A stretch of DNA of 64,000 nucleotides from Patescibacteria group bacterium (GCA_034002925.1 JAVEZP010000002.1:16655-80654), one strand, 5' to 3'. Positions 1 to 9,719 are shown, counted from the first letter of the stretch. Made by a program: numbers and translations. The notes: generated from the letters alone by a model not told the origin.

Positions 1-508
1 AAATCGCATTCAGTCGGAAAAAACTATCTCGCCAATCTTGTCCTAAAAGGGATAGGTAGCCACTGATAGTCACTAGCAAAGAAGACAGGGCTAAGCTCCA
101 AAGTGTAATTTTCAATTTTTTCTCGTCTTTAATTAAAATACTAGGAATTAAAAGATAGGCGAAATATAATAAAATTAACCAACGAATAATATAATATAGC
201 CCTGAGAATGCTTGGGGATGATTTAAAAGAGATATTAAATAACTAGCAATAAAGAGTAGAAAGGGAAAAAAGAGGGGTAAATAGAGTTTATTTTGATATT
301 TTTTAAAGTTTAATAGCACGGCTCCTAAAACAACTAATACGCTAAAAATAGCAATAATATCAGAAAAAGGAATTTCAAAACTAGCCCAAGTAAAATTCCA
401 AGCAATAATGGGTGTGCTAAAAGCAAGGACAAAAATATTAAGAGCTGGGGAAGCAGCAAAAGCAACAACTGTTCCTAGACTAATAATAAATAATAAGAGT
501 AAATTCAT
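1..508 (-). CDS. Polytopic membrane protein, O-antigen ligase (Wzy)-like, N-terminal part; gene continues past the window start
   Basis: Absent from the ORF track because it runs off the edge. Manual translation from ATG at 508 gives MNLLLLFIISLGTVVAFAASPALNIF...GYLSLLGQDWRDSFFRLNAI, open down to position 2, with multiple hydrophobic helices. The family call is by resemblance only. Confidence 0.5.
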   Translation of the reverse strand, partial: MNLLLLFIISLGTVVAFAASPALNIFVLAFSTPIIAWNFTWASFEIPFSDIIAIFSVLVVLGAVLLNFKKYQNKLYLPLFFPFLLFIASYLISLLNHPQAFSGLYYIIRWLILLYFAYLLIPSILIKDEKKLKITLWSLALSSLLVTISGYLSLLGQDWRDSFFRLNAI

Positions 509-583
509 ATAATATAATAATAGCGGAAAAAAAATAATAAAAAAAGGCCTGGCATAATATGTATTCATATCGCCAGGCTAATT

Positions 584-1603
584 TTAATTTTTAATAAATT
601 TCCCAATTTTCTTTTCTGGGTGCACCATAACCTTCCCTTTTTCATATTGGCGATAGTAAACCCCCTTTTCTTTGTAAAAGTTAGCAATGGCTTTACCTGT
701 ATCCCAGATAAATGATTCAGGAATCATCAGATTATGACCAAGAGCAACATAGACATTATCCAGTAATAAGCTACTAGCAATGCCAAATTCTAATTCTGGA
801 TAATTAAGCTGAAAAATAGTGTATTTCCCTGCTCTCCTGGCATTTTCAAAAGACTGATACCAGCCATTAGCTTGATCATCGCCTAAATAATCATTAGGAA
901 ATTTTTCAAACATTACGCCATTGTTGATGAAAAAAAGATCTCTTGTGCCTTTATTAGTGACGATAATAAAATCTTCTCCTTTGGCTTCTTTGATTTTTTT
1001 TAAAAAAGAAATTATACCTTCTCGCCAAAAGCGATCAATTTTATGAGCTGAATCAGCTTGCTTGTCAGCATCAATATCTATTCTAGGATTTAACCAAGAA
1101 ATATTAACACTGCCATTATCCATAAAATAGCCATCAACTAAGGAATCATTAAGAATATTAATGAGCCAGGAACTATAGTATTCTCCATAGCTGAGTTGAT
1201 TAATTTTAGGACAAGTGGAACTCAAATTCATCATAATCATGTTAGGCCAAAATTTCACATTATTACCTTGCCAGTCTTTTAATTGCCAGGCGGGATCAAG
1301 GTGATTTTTTAAAAGATTAGCCATTGGTCTAGAATTAAAGTCATTTTCCCAGATTTCCATTGGATTAGAGTAAAGCAAAAAAACTATTTCCGGTTTGATG
1401 CTTTTGATTTGTTTTAAAACCGCTCTTCTTTCAGGTGCGAAGTTTTCATAATCAATAATCATTAAGTCTAGCTTAGCTAATTCCGAGGCTAAATCTTTTG
1501 GCATGTTTGGACTAGTCCAATAACTTGCTAATTTAATTTGAGCCGATAGTTGTGCGGTCAAGAGAAAAAACAAGACAATAATAATGTTTTTTATTTTTTT
1601 CAT
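584..1603 (-). CDS. Secreted hypothetical protein, possibly a glycoside-hydrolase-like TIM barrel
   Basis: 339 aa ORF with an N-terminal signal-like segment (MKKIKNIIIVLFFLLTAQLSAQ). The function is a weak guess from composition and the envelope-gene context. Confidence 0.55.
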   Translation of the reverse strand: MKKIKNIIIVLFFLLTAQLSAQIKLASYWTSPNMPKDLASELAKLDLMIIDYENFAPERRAVLKQIKSIKPEIVFLLYSNPMEIWENDFNSRPMANLLKNHLDPAWQLKDWQGNNVKFWPNMIMMNLSSTCPKINQLSYGEYYSSWLINILNDSLVDGYFMDNGSVNISWLNPRIDIDADKQADSAHKIDRFWREGIISFLKKIKEAKGEDFIIVTNKGTRDLFFINNGVMFEKFPNDYLGDDQANGWYQSFENARRAGKYTIFQLNYPELEFGIASSLLLDNVYVALGHNLMIPESFIWDTGKAIANFYKEKGVYYRQYEKGKVMVHPEKKIGKFIKN

Positions 1604-1635
1604 GTGACAGGTTTTTGTTGTTAAAGAATTAAACT

Positions 1636-1664
1636 AGTATAATATATTTTTTAATTTTAGTCAA
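1636..1664 (-). promoter_or_regulatory. Candidate sigma70-type promoter for the 584..1603 gene
   Basis: The minus strand reads TTGACT, then 17 nt, then TATACT, about 35 nt upstream of the start codon. The AT-rich background makes false positives likely. Confidence 0.4.
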
Positions 1665-1671
1665 TAATTAA

Positions 1672-1700
1672 AAATTAAAAGAGCTTGTTTTAACAAGCTC
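1672..1700 (-). terminator. Intrinsic terminator after the DUF4012 gene
   Basis: Stem gagcttgt/acaagctc (8 bp) with loop ttta, followed on the minus strand by a T-rich run. Confidence 0.7.
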
Positions 1701-1814
1701 TTGGAAAATTCCCGTGCACAGGGTGGAGTGAGTAATGTAGGTGTTTTGAACCATTTAAGTAGCGACTTTTTCACATTTAAGGTACAAGCTTAGCTACATA
1801 ACATTACTCAATAT

Positions 1815-3737
1815 TTATTGGAAAATAATCTGATAATTTTTATCAGTATTTAAATTGTCATTCCAATAAACTTCTGATTGCCTGATTTCCCTATCGTTGA
1901 TAGGAGGCAAGAATTGTTCTATTGTTCGATTATTTTTAAACGAGAAAGACACTTGTTCAATGTGACTACCAGGTTGTCGTTGTACAAAGAGATAATAATT
2001 TTTCTTATTGATAACATCATTTGGTAGTTTATATGAAATTTTTATTTCACGATTACGTCCTGGTTCAATCGTCCAAAAAAAGCCGATAACATGTTTATTT
2101 AAAATTTTGTCATCGTAGCTAGAAATATCAGCTTGAGCTTTATCTAGTCCTTCAATTTCAATTAATTTACTACCTAAAGGAACAAAGATGCGAGTATAGC
2201 TTTGATATCTAGTGGTGCGCCAGTCAAAACCACCACCATGACTGTAGCTTAGTTTTAAATTCGCCAGCCATTCATTATCATTTTCTTCGACTTGATAGAA
2301 AATATTTTTTCGCATAACAGCATCTGTTTTAAAAGCAGCTAAATTAGCGTCCACCACCATTAAATAATCACCTGAAACTTGAGCAATAGCACCATCACCT
2401 TTAATATCCTCTATCACTCTTTGTTGAGCAGGATTATTAAAGTATATAAGAATATCTTTACGCTCTAAACTATTGTGTAAGCTGGTCATTAGTCTGGGAT
2501 ATTCGCTTAAAGGCAGAGATGTTAGACGTTCTTTTAAGGCAATAATTAAATCATTAATAATATCTTTTCTATCCCAAGAGGAAATGTCTTCATCTAAATA
2601 GGCGACTTCAACATTATATTGCAATAAAGCTTGCATGTTCTCAGCCGCATAACTCTCACCTCTTACGCTAATGGGCCCGGTAATTCTTAGTAATTCTGCT
2701 ACAAAATCGGGAGTAATACCAATAATCGCTTCTAAACTTGGCTCTTCTTTGCCGGCAGCTGAACTTTCAGCTTGAAACATTGTTTGTATCTGCTTAGCTG
2801 CTTGTGGCCAATCTGGAGACCAATTAGCATCACGTAAATACCAATTCTCCACCTTTAAATATCTACTAATTGGTTCTGGAGCTTCAAAGTTAGTGAGACC
2901 AATTGAAGGCATGTCTAGATGATAGACATCAGAAGCCTCTAAACGTTTGATCTCTCCAAAATTAGCGATATCTAAACGAACATAACTGCCTAAGAAGCCG
3001 CCAGTTGCTCTAAGTTCATCATTATTTTGTAGCATTATAAGTAGATTGCTTTCTTCAGGAAAGCCGCTGAGACTGGGTAAAATACGTAATAAGGGCAAGG
3101 ATTGATCTAGTAAGGTGTAAGCAGAACTTAAATTATCTTTCAATTCTCTTAGCTCAGCTCGAATAGGCCACAATAAGCTAAATTGAGGAATGCTATCAAG
3201 TTTGCTTAAAACTAAGCTAATATTAGCTTTTAAGCCATTTAATTCTGGCTCTAAAGCAATTAAGCTTTGTAAAAAAGCACTTTTTTGTTCATAACTCAGA
3301 CTCTTAAAATCGGTATTAGTGGCAAAAGCAGCACTGCTTAAATTATGAGCCAGGCGATTTACTTGTAAGGCGCTACGACTGAGCATAAGGCCACTACTAT
3401 TGAGATTGTGAAGATGAGATAATTGCTTAGCGCCACTATTTAACTTGACCGGAAACCAAGTGTTGTATAAATTATTTATTTTTTCCTCACCTTTTAGAAA
3501 GTTTGTTTCGGCTAATTGCAATGACACCTCTGCTTCTTGCCAATTTTTAGTTTGTAAATGTGAGACTCCAATTTTAAGATTAGCTTGTCCCTGCATAGCT
3601 GCTTGTCCAAAATCACGCCAATCCTTCCAACTTAAAACTAAACTTAGAATTAATAGAAAAAGCAAGATTAAAAAAGAAAAAAATAAAAATTTTAGAAATT
3701 TATATATAACTGTTAAGATGTATGCCTTTGATTTCAT
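1815..3737 (-). CDS. DUF4012 domain-containing membrane-anchored protein
   Basis: 640 aa with an N-terminal TM segment. The core motif NDELRATGGFLGSYVRLDI is typical of DUF4012 as I recall it. Confidence 0.8.
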   Translation of the reverse strand: MKSKAYILTVIYKFLKFLFFSFLILLFLLILSLVLSWKDWRDFGQAAMQGQANLKIGVSHLQTKNWQEAEVSLQLAETNFLKGEEKINNLYNTWFPVKLNSGAKQLSHLHNLNSSGLMLSRSALQVNRLAHNLSSAAFATNTDFKSLSYEQKSAFLQSLIALEPELNGLKANISLVLSKLDSIPQFSLLWPIRAELRELKDNLSSAYTLLDQSLPLLRILPSLSGFPEESNLLIMLQNNDELRATGGFLGSYVRLDIANFGEIKRLEASDVYHLDMPSIGLTNFEAPEPISRYLKVENWYLRDANWSPDWPQAAKQIQTMFQAESSAAGKEEPSLEAIIGITPDFVAELLRITGPISVRGESYAAENMQALLQYNVEVAYLDEDISSWDRKDIINDLIIALKERLTSLPLSEYPRLMTSLHNSLERKDILIYFNNPAQQRVIEDIKGDGAIAQVSGDYLMVVDANLAAFKTDAVMRKNIFYQVEENDNEWLANLKLSYSHGGGFDWRTTRYQSYTRIFVPLGSKLIEIEGLDKAQADISSYDDKILNKHVIGFFWTIEPGRNREIKISYKLPNDVINKKNYYLFVQRQPGSHIEQVSFSFKNNRTIEQFLPPINDREIRQSEVYWNDNLNTDKNYQIIFQ

Positions 3738-3752
3738 ATTAATTGATGTGTT

Positions 3753-4364
3753 CTATTCTTCATCTAAACGATTGACCACTTCCAATACTTGTCCACTTTG
3801 AAAAGCATGTAAAAAAATATCATGAATATCTAAACGATAGTTATATTCGGCTTCATCCATGATTGTATAATTAATTTCTTTAGCTAAATCATCTTCTAAG
3901 TTTTTTAATTTACGTAAAAAATTTTGTTTTTTGATGGTGCCTACGATCAGAATATCACTGAGACTTTGAGTGTCGCCGGTAAAAATACCGCTAAGAAGTA
4001 ACAGCTTAACGTCCGCATCTTCTTTAAATTCTTCTAGAAATTCTTGGCATGATAAAAGATTTGATTTGCTAAATAGTTTTTTTAATTCGTGAAAAAGTAA
4101 AAAATCTGTATTGCCGCAATAATATTTTTTGTCATTTTTTTTAGCATCTATCACCTCATCTTCATTATCGGATTCTTTAATTATGCCTAAGTGTTTTAAA
4201 TTTTCTAATTCGCGACGAACAGAATTGACCTGCAAATCTAAATCACGGGACAATTGTCGAGTATAATATTTTTGTTCAGGGCGACTTAAAAAGGCTTTTA
4301 ACAACCTTACCCTTGCTTTTGATCCAAATAGCTGTTCGAGCATAATAGAATAATTATTTGACAA
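3753..4364 (-). CDS. Winged-helix (ArsR/MarR-like) transcriptional regulator
   Basis: 203 aa. The N-terminal segment LFGSKARVRLLKAFLSRPEQKYYTRQLSRDLDLQVNSVRRELENLKHLGII looks like a wHTH. Confidence 0.6.
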   Translation of the reverse strand: MSNNYSIMLEQLFGSKARVRLLKAFLSRPEQKYYTRQLSRDLDLQVNSVRRELENLKHLGIIKESDNEDEVIDAKKNDKKYYCGNTDFLLFHELKKLFSKSNLLSCQEFLEEFKEDADVKLLLLSGIFTGDTQSLSDILIVGTIKKQNFLRKLKNLEDDLAKEINYTIMDEAEYNYRLDIHDIFLHAFQSGQVLEVVNRLDEE

Positions 4365-4489
4365 TTTTTTATCTTTGTTTCTTTTTTTATTGAAAAATTT
4401 TTAATTTTTACTTTATTTATTTTCATATTTATAGTATAATATAAAGGTCAATCAGTCAAATTAAACAGGCTTATTTCGCCACTTTTCAT

Positions 4490-6754
4490 ATGCATTATAA
4501 AATCGCCTCTTTTATCTTAAATGCTAGTAAACACCAAACTGGTAGTCGTGAAGTTTATATTGCTCAGCCCGATTCAAATTTAGAAAATTTAGCGGGACGG
4601 GTTTTTTTATTAGCAGAAATCGGCGGCAAAAAAACGGAAGCAAAAAAAGCAATTGATTTTATTATTGATAATATTAATCATTACTATTATCAAGATGAAA
4701 AAATCTTTCTTCAAGATAAAATAGAAGGTTTGAGTTTGGATAATATTTTTGAAGCCGCGGTAACTAAAATTAATAAAGCTTTATTAGAATTTTTAAATAC
4801 AGAAAAAATATTTTTACACCCTGAAGAAAGTAGTATTATTCTAGGTCTAATTTTTGAAGATCGTTTATTTTTTACTAATTTTGGTAGCAATAAGGCTTTT
4901 TTAATTCATGCAAGAAATGATCAGTTTGAATTAATTAATGTTGAGGCTAGCGCCGCTGATGTCAAAAGTGCTGAAGATAAAGAAAAAGATAGTCAAGTAA
5001 AATTCTTTTCTTCAGTAATTAGCGGTAAAATTCCACCAGCTTCTTATTTTTTATTCTGTAACGAGGTCTTAGTAGAATATTTGTCTAATAAAGAATTAAT
5101 TAATATTATTAGCAAGCTACCACCAATGGTGGCAGCTGAACAAATTAAGACGACTTTAGCTAAACTTAATTCTTTTGTTCCATTTTTAGCTATTATCATT
5201 AAAAATACCTATGGATTGACCGTTAATGAGTTAAAAGATGAGGCTAATATTGAAAGCCTGCGCTCTGCTCATAATTCTATTTCATATTTAAATAGCACTG
5301 AAGAAAATACGGAGAAGTTGCTTTCTCCTAGTGGTTTAATTAATTGGAGTAAATTGACTCAAATTACACAACGCATTTCAGATAGTATTCGTTTGCCTAA
5401 AAAGAATAAAAAAGAAAAAACAAAAATTATTGCCGCTACCGAAGATCCAGAATTAAAACAAACAATTTTAAAAACAAAATCTTTAAATCAGAGCCATTTA
5501 ATTAAAGAAAAGATTATTGCTGGTAGAAGGCATTCGGGTGTTTTTAAAGGTGTAAAAATTATTTGGTCTACCTTAATTAATATCTTGAATCCTACTTTTT
5601 GGAAACGCGCTTATCAGTCAATGCGTCATTGGTTACAAAATTTACATCCGCGTAATAAATATATTTTTCTTATTCTGCTACTCATCTTAGTTTTACTAGT
5701 ATTAAGTCTTTGGTGGACAGCTGTTAATAATCGCAAAAAAGTTAGTGATGAATTATTTAATAATTCTATGAGCGCTTTAGAGTTAAAAAAGAACATGCTT
5801 GATGCTTATCTACTTTATGATAATTTAGATGGAGCGAAAACTTTAATTGGCGAAATTATTAGCACTTTAGATGAGCTGGATTTTAGGACAGAGGATCAAA
5901 AAAGACAAATTACTGATTTAAAAGCAGCTGTTACTGCGAATAAAGCACGTGTTCAAAAATTAATTAGCATTGATAACCCGGAACAAATTTTTGACTTTAA
6001 TCAACATAATCAATCTGCTGAAGCAAGAAATTTAATTTATGCTGATAATAAATTATTTGTAGCTGACCCCTTAGCTAAAGCCTTATATTTTTGGGATTTT
6101 AATGACTCTAAAGCTGATTCCTTTTTATTAAGTGGAGAAATTAGCTCTTTAGATAAACCTGTGTTTGATAATGATGCTAATTTAATTTATTATCTTAACA
6201 ACAATTCTTTAATTAGCGTTGATCCAAAAAGCGGACGTCAAAACATCTTAAATATTAATGGCTTAGAAGATAATGAAAAGATTGATGCTTTTAAGTTATA
6301 TCTTGGTCGCTTATATACTCTTTCAAGTAGCAATAATCAAATATATCGTTTTAATCGAGTGGCTAATACTTTTAGTAATCGCAGTTCTTGGTTGCAGGAT
6401 GATGTGCTTTTAGCTAATGCAGTTGATTTGGCAATTAACGGTGATATTGTTGTGTTAAGAAATGATGCCCAGATTGAAGCTTTGCGTTCTGGTGAAAAAA
6501 AAGATTTTAAATTAGAAGATGTTGATCCCGCGCTTGACGCTGCTTCTTTTATTAAATATAGTAATAATCGTTTTTTCATTTTTGATAATCAAAGTAAGCG
6601 TTTAGTAGTTTTTGATAATGAAGGCTCCCTGCTCCAACAATATCGTTTACCTAGTTTAACTAATTTAAAAGATTTTACGCTCTCTAGTGATAATAAAAAC
6701 GCTTTTTTCTTAAATGATAATGCTGTATATAAAATAGATTTAAATTTAGATTAA
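4490..6754 (+). CDS. Large hypothetical protein with one central TM helix
   Basis: 754 aa uninterrupted ORF with a TM segment (YIFLILLLILVLLVLSLWW). The C-terminal part has repetitive beta-rich character. No family recognised. Confidence 0.7.
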   Translation: MHYKIASFILNASKHQTGSREVYIAQPDSNLENLAGRVFLLAEIGGKKTEAKKAIDFIIDNINHYYYQDEKIFLQDKIEGLSLDNIFEAAVTKINKALLEFLNTEKIFLHPEESSIILGLIFEDRLFFTNFGSNKAFLIHARNDQFELINVEASAADVKSAEDKEKDSQVKFFSSVISGKIPPASYFLFCNEVLVEYLSNKELINIISKLPPMVAAEQIKTTLAKLNSFVPFLAIIIKNTYGLTVNELKDEANIESLRSAHNSISYLNSTEENTEKLLSPSGLINWSKLTQITQRISDSIRLPKKNKKEKTKIIAATEDPELKQTILKTKSLNQSHLIKEKIIAGRRHSGVFKGVKIIWSTLINILNPTFWKRAYQSMRHWLQNLHPRNKYIFLILLLILVLLVLSLWWTAVNNRKKVSDELFNNSMSALELKKNMLDAYLLYDNLDGAKTLIGEIISTLDELDFRTEDQKRQITDLKAAVTANKARVQKLISIDNPEQIFDFNQHNQSAEARNLIYADNKLFVADPLAKALYFWDFNDSKADSFLLSGEISSLDKPVFDNDANLIYYLNNNSLISVDPKSGRQNILNINGLEDNEKIDAFKLYLGRLYTLSSSNNQIYRFNRVANTFSNRSSWLQDDVLLANAVDLAINGDIVVLRNDAQIEALRSGEKKDFKLEDVDPALDAASFIKYSNNRFFIFDNQSKRLVVFDNEGSLLQQYRLPSLTNLKDFTLSSDNKNAFFLNDNAVYKIDLNLD

Positions 6755-6770
6755 TTTATATTTTAACAAC

Positions 6771-6799
6771 AAAAAAAACCGCCCTTAGGCGGTTTTTTC
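6771..6799. terminator. Bidirectional intrinsic terminator between convergent genes
   Basis: The sequence aaaaaaaaCCGCCcttaGGCGGtttttt is a GC stem flanked by an A-run and a T-run. Confidence 0.8.
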
Positions 6800-6817
6800 T
6801 TTGGACTTTAAATTAAT

Positions 6818-7258
6818 TTATTTTAAAGTTACCTTAGCACCAGCTTCTTCTAATTTTTTCTTTAAAGCTTCAGCTTCTTCTTTCTTTAGACCTTCTTTAA
6901 TAACTTTAGGAGCGCCATCAACTAAATCTTTAGCTTCTTTTAAGCCCATTTCAGTGACTTCGCGTACCACCTTAATGACGTTGATTTTATTAGCACCACC
7001 TTCAGTTAATTCAACATCAAAACTGTCTTTTTCTTCAGCAGCAGGAGCAGCAGCCCCAGTACCACCAGCCACCATCATAGCAGGAGCAGCAGCAGAAACA
7101 CCAAATTTCTTTTCTAAAATTTTTACCAATTCAGCTAAATCTAATACGCTCATCTTTTCGATTTCAGCGACTAATTTTTCAAATTTAGCTGGTACAACTA
7201 CTTCTTCAGTAGTTTCGTTTTTTACTTCTTCAGACATATTTTTGTAGTTATTCCCCAT
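6818..7258 (-). CDS. rplL: 50S ribosomal protein L7/L12
   Basis: The C-terminal domain reads [55 protein letters not shown], preceded by an Ala-rich hinge. The true start may be the ATG at 7237 (MSEEV...). Confidence 0.95.
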   Translation of the reverse strand: MGNNYKNMSEEVKNETTEEVVVPAKFEKLVAEIEKMSVLDLAELVKILEKKFGVSAAAPAMMVAGGTGAAAPAAEEKDSFDVELTEGGANKINVIKVVREVTEMGLKEAKDLVDGAPKVIKEGLKKEEAEALKKKLEEAGAKVTLK

Positions 7259-7285
7259 TCTGTAGAATGGTAGAATTTTTTATAA

Positions 7286-7816
7286 TTATTTTTTTTCTTC
7301 AATCGCTTTAAGAACGTAGACAAGGTTTCTTAAGTTTCCAGCTAAAGCGTTAACAAAACCGGAAACAGGGGCATTAAGGGAGCCCACCAGTTTGGCATAC
7401 AACTCTGTCTTGCTAGGTAATTTAGCCACAGCTTCAATTTCAGCTTTGTCTAAAAGTTTAGCCTCTAAAATACCACCTAAGAAATAGATTTTTTCCGATT
7501 TTTCTTTGTCTTTACGGAAATTATCTAGAACTTTAGCAGCTGCTACTTCGTCTTCATAGGAGAAAACAGCAGCAATTTTACCATCTAGAGTTTTTGTATC
7601 CAAGCTGTCCAAACCTTTGTTTTTGAGCGCTAAGCTTAATAGAGTTTTTTTAGCGACGTAGTATTCACCTTTTTCTTGGCGAAGCTGATCACGTAGAACT
7701 TCATTATCTTTTACGCCCAAAGCATTGAAGCCGGCGAAAACAATTGATTTTGATTTCTCAATTTTTTCCTCCAAGCTGCGCAGGATTTCCTGCTTTTGGA
7801 CTTTGCTTTTTGGCAT
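7286..7816 (-). CDS. rplJ: 50S ribosomal protein L10
   Basis: 176 aa located directly upstream of rplL, with an L10-like sequence (KSKSIVFAGFNALGVKDNEVLRDQLR...). Confidence 0.93.
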   Translation of the reverse strand: MPKSKVQKQEILRSLEEKIEKSKSIVFAGFNALGVKDNEVLRDQLRQEKGEYYVAKKTLLSLALKNKGLDSLDTKTLDGKIAAVFSYEDEVAAAKVLDNFRKDKEKSEKIYFLGGILEAKLLDKAEIEAVAKLPSKTELYAKLVGSLNAPVSGFVNALAGNLRNLVYVLKAIEEKK

Positions 7817-7978
7817 ATTTTTTTAAAAGCGTTTTCACGCTTAATTTATAAGTACGAATTATGGCCTAAAATAAAAAATCTGAGGCCAGACCACAGATGT
7901 AACAAAAGCTAAAATTAGCTAATAATTACCTCGGTAAGTCTTATTTTTATGCTTACTGTCTGTGGCAAATTGAATTGT
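7817..7978 (-). promoter_or_regulatory. Candidate ribosomal-protein L10 leader (structured 5' UTR of rplJ)
   Basis: About 160 nt UTR with a long-range pair CCACAGA/TCTGTGG, internal hairpins (GTAAG..CTTAC, AGCTA..TAGCT) and an alternative short hairpin ATCTG..CAGAT followed by TTTTTT. Not matched to a covariance model. Confidence 0.35.
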
Positions 7979-7984
7979 GCTTCT

Positions 7985-8012
7985 ATTTTAACAAAATTAT
8001 ATAAATTGTCAA
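7985..8012 (-). promoter_or_regulatory. Candidate promoter for rplJ-rplL
   Basis: The minus strand reads TTGACA, then 16 nt, then TAAAAT, just downstream of the terminator at 8041-8068. Confidence 0.45.
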
Positions 8013-8040
8013 GACTATTTATTATTTTATTATATTATAT

Positions 8041-8068
8041 AAAAAAGAGGATTATTACTAATCCTCTC
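8041..8068 (-). terminator. Intrinsic terminator after the 69-aa gene
   Basis: Stem gaggatta/taatcctc (8 bp) with loop ttac, then TTTTTT on the minus strand. Confidence 0.75.
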
Positions 8069-8095
8069 AATTTTAAGTGTTAATACTTGCGGCCT

Positions 8096-8305
8096 TTATG
8101 GCTTTAATGTGCCGCCTAATTTAGCCAACTGAGCATCATTCTCATAGCTTGGCTTACCTGCAACCCTGAAAGTTGCTAGAGTTGTCTGACCTTCATACGG
8201 TATATGCGTTTTATTTGAACCATGACCGTGATCAGCATGTACTCCATTTTTTTCAGAATAATGTACAGGCGATAATGGCTTGTTGTTAATAACAGGTGTG
8301 GACAC
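8096..8305 (-). CDS. Small His-rich hypothetical protein (69 aa)
   Basis: GTG start preceded by a perfect AGGAGG 6 nt upstream (gaaAGGAGGcataaaGTG). It has its own terminator. Contains HADHGHGSNKTH. No family recognised. Confidence 0.65.
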   Translation of the reverse strand: MSTPVINNKPLSPVHYSEKNGVHADHGHGSNKTHIPYEGQTTLATFRVAGKPSYENDAQLAKLGGTLKP

Positions 8306-8383
8306 TTTATGCCTCCTTTCTTTTTTATTAATTAAAAGATCTATAATTAATATAACATAAATCTAATTTATTGTAAATAAAAT

Positions 8384-9562
8384 TTATATTATCTTGCCTT
8401 TAATGCCTCTTTTTCTTCCATAATTAGCAAATCTATGTGCCTCTTCCCTAGTCTTTAACAGGGTGGGCTTCAAAATATTGGCCATATCTTTAAAATTCTT
8501 TTTCATACCCCGAGGAAAGACCAGTCTATCTCCAGCATATTTAGAAATGCCTACTAAAGGTAATTCTATATTACGTTTAGCTAGTTCTTGGCTTAAAAAA
8601 GAGATTTGCGGTGAGCCGCCATCAATTAATAATAAATCTGGTCTAGGCCATTCTTGATGCTTAAAACGCCTTTCTAAAACTTCTAATAGAGCTCTTTCAT
8701 CATCAGCTTTGGGAGCATTTTTAATTTTAAACAAACGATATAAAGAGCTATCTTTTTCACCGTTAATAAAGACGACCATGGAACCATAACTTTCTTTGCC
8801 TTGAAAATGTGAAATGTCGTAGGCTTCTATTCTTTGTAAAGTTGCTTGATCTAATGCCTGTTCTTTGTTTAAGAGGGATACATCTTGAATATGTTGAAGT
8901 GCGTGTGCTTGATGAGGATTTTCCTTCTCTAGTTTTTTTAATAATTTTTCTTTTTTACCTTCTAAGAATAAAATTAAATTTTTAATATTATTCTTATATG
9001 TTTTAGTTTCAATTTGATTAATGCATACACCCGGACAGAGTCCAATTTGATAGTCAAAACACGCCCTACCCTGATCAGCCTTGCAGAGACTATAAGGAAA
9101 AATTCGTCTTAATATTTGTAGTGATTTATAGATTAAGTGATATGATTGATAGGGGCCAAATAATTTATAGGACTGGCTTGGAAATTTTTGTAAATCTTTA
9201 GCTCTAATTAAAATCGGTTTAGGAAAAGTCGCTTTATGATCAATCGCGATGTAGATAAAAGAACGATCATCGCGATCAACAATATTATATTTAGGCCAGT
9301 ATTTTTTAATATAAAATGACTCTAGAATAATAGCTTCTAAGAGATTGTCACATTCTTGCCAGGTAATTTTAGAAGCACTTTGCACCATTTCACTAATACG
9401 CCTATCAATTCTTTTTTGAAAATATTGGCTAAGGCGCATTTTTAAATTAGTAGCTCGGCCAACATATAATATTTGTTTATTGGCATTATGCCAAAAATAG
9501 ATACCTGGTTTTTGAGGGGCGCTTTTTACGAATTGCTTTAATTTTATAATATTACTTGACAT
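8384..9562 (-). CDS. uvrC: Excinuclease ABC subunit C, compact form
   Basis: GIY-YIG N-terminus (KPGIYFWHNANKQILYVGRATNLKMRLSQYF) and the UvrC endonuclease region (RIEAYDISHFQG...EEAHRFA). At 392 aa it appears to lack the C-terminal (HhH)2. Confidence 0.88.
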   Translation of the reverse strand: MSSNIIKLKQFVKSAPQKPGIYFWHNANKQILYVGRATNLKMRLSQYFQKRIDRRISEMVQSASKITWQECDNLLEAIILESFYIKKYWPKYNIVDRDDRSFIYIAIDHKATFPKPILIRAKDLQKFPSQSYKLFGPYQSYHLIYKSLQILRRIFPYSLCKADQGRACFDYQIGLCPGVCINQIETKTYKNNIKNLILFLEGKKEKLLKKLEKENPHQAHALQHIQDVSLLNKEQALDQATLQRIEAYDISHFQGKESYGSMVVFINGEKDSSLYRLFKIKNAPKADDERALLEVLERRFKHQEWPRPDLLLIDGGSPQISFLSQELAKRNIELPLVGISKYAGDRLVFPRGMKKNFKDMANILKPTLLKTREEAHRFANYGRKRGIKGKII

Positions 9563-9719
9563 GACTCTAAATTAAATTATGATGCTTTTATCTGATAATG
9601 AGACTATGTCCAAAAAGGATGGGGCTATTCAACCTGAATTTTAATTCCGGAAGACAGCTCGGGAAATTTAGCAAATTATCAGCCGGTTAAATTTTTTTCA
9701 GTTCTTTGTTTTCATTTTT

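Noticed and set aside
6801-7247. 148-aa plus-strand ORF antisense to rplL, together with the similar antisense or shadow ORFs inside other confidently assigned genes
   Set aside because: These are shadow ORFs inside genes such as 3445..3801, 6337..6579, 8463..8657, 10432..10620, 12201..12497, 14811..15053, 17956..18147, 18568..18927, 19216..19422, 26798..26992, 28729..28929, 29560..29835, 34285..34479, 34693..34938, 35066..35332, 38403..38585, 41201..41389, 42751..43083, 46714..46908, 47271..47471, 50823..51047, 50872..51066 and 52865..53110. All have low-complexity or odd composition and no independent signals.
9640-9665. SRP (4.5S) RNA helix-8-like string ttCCGGAAGAcAGCtcgg
   Set aside because: There is only a loose resemblance to ..UCCGGAAGGAAGCAGCC... 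The GGAA tetraloop hairpin and the symmetric-loop partners cannot be formed from the flanking sequence.
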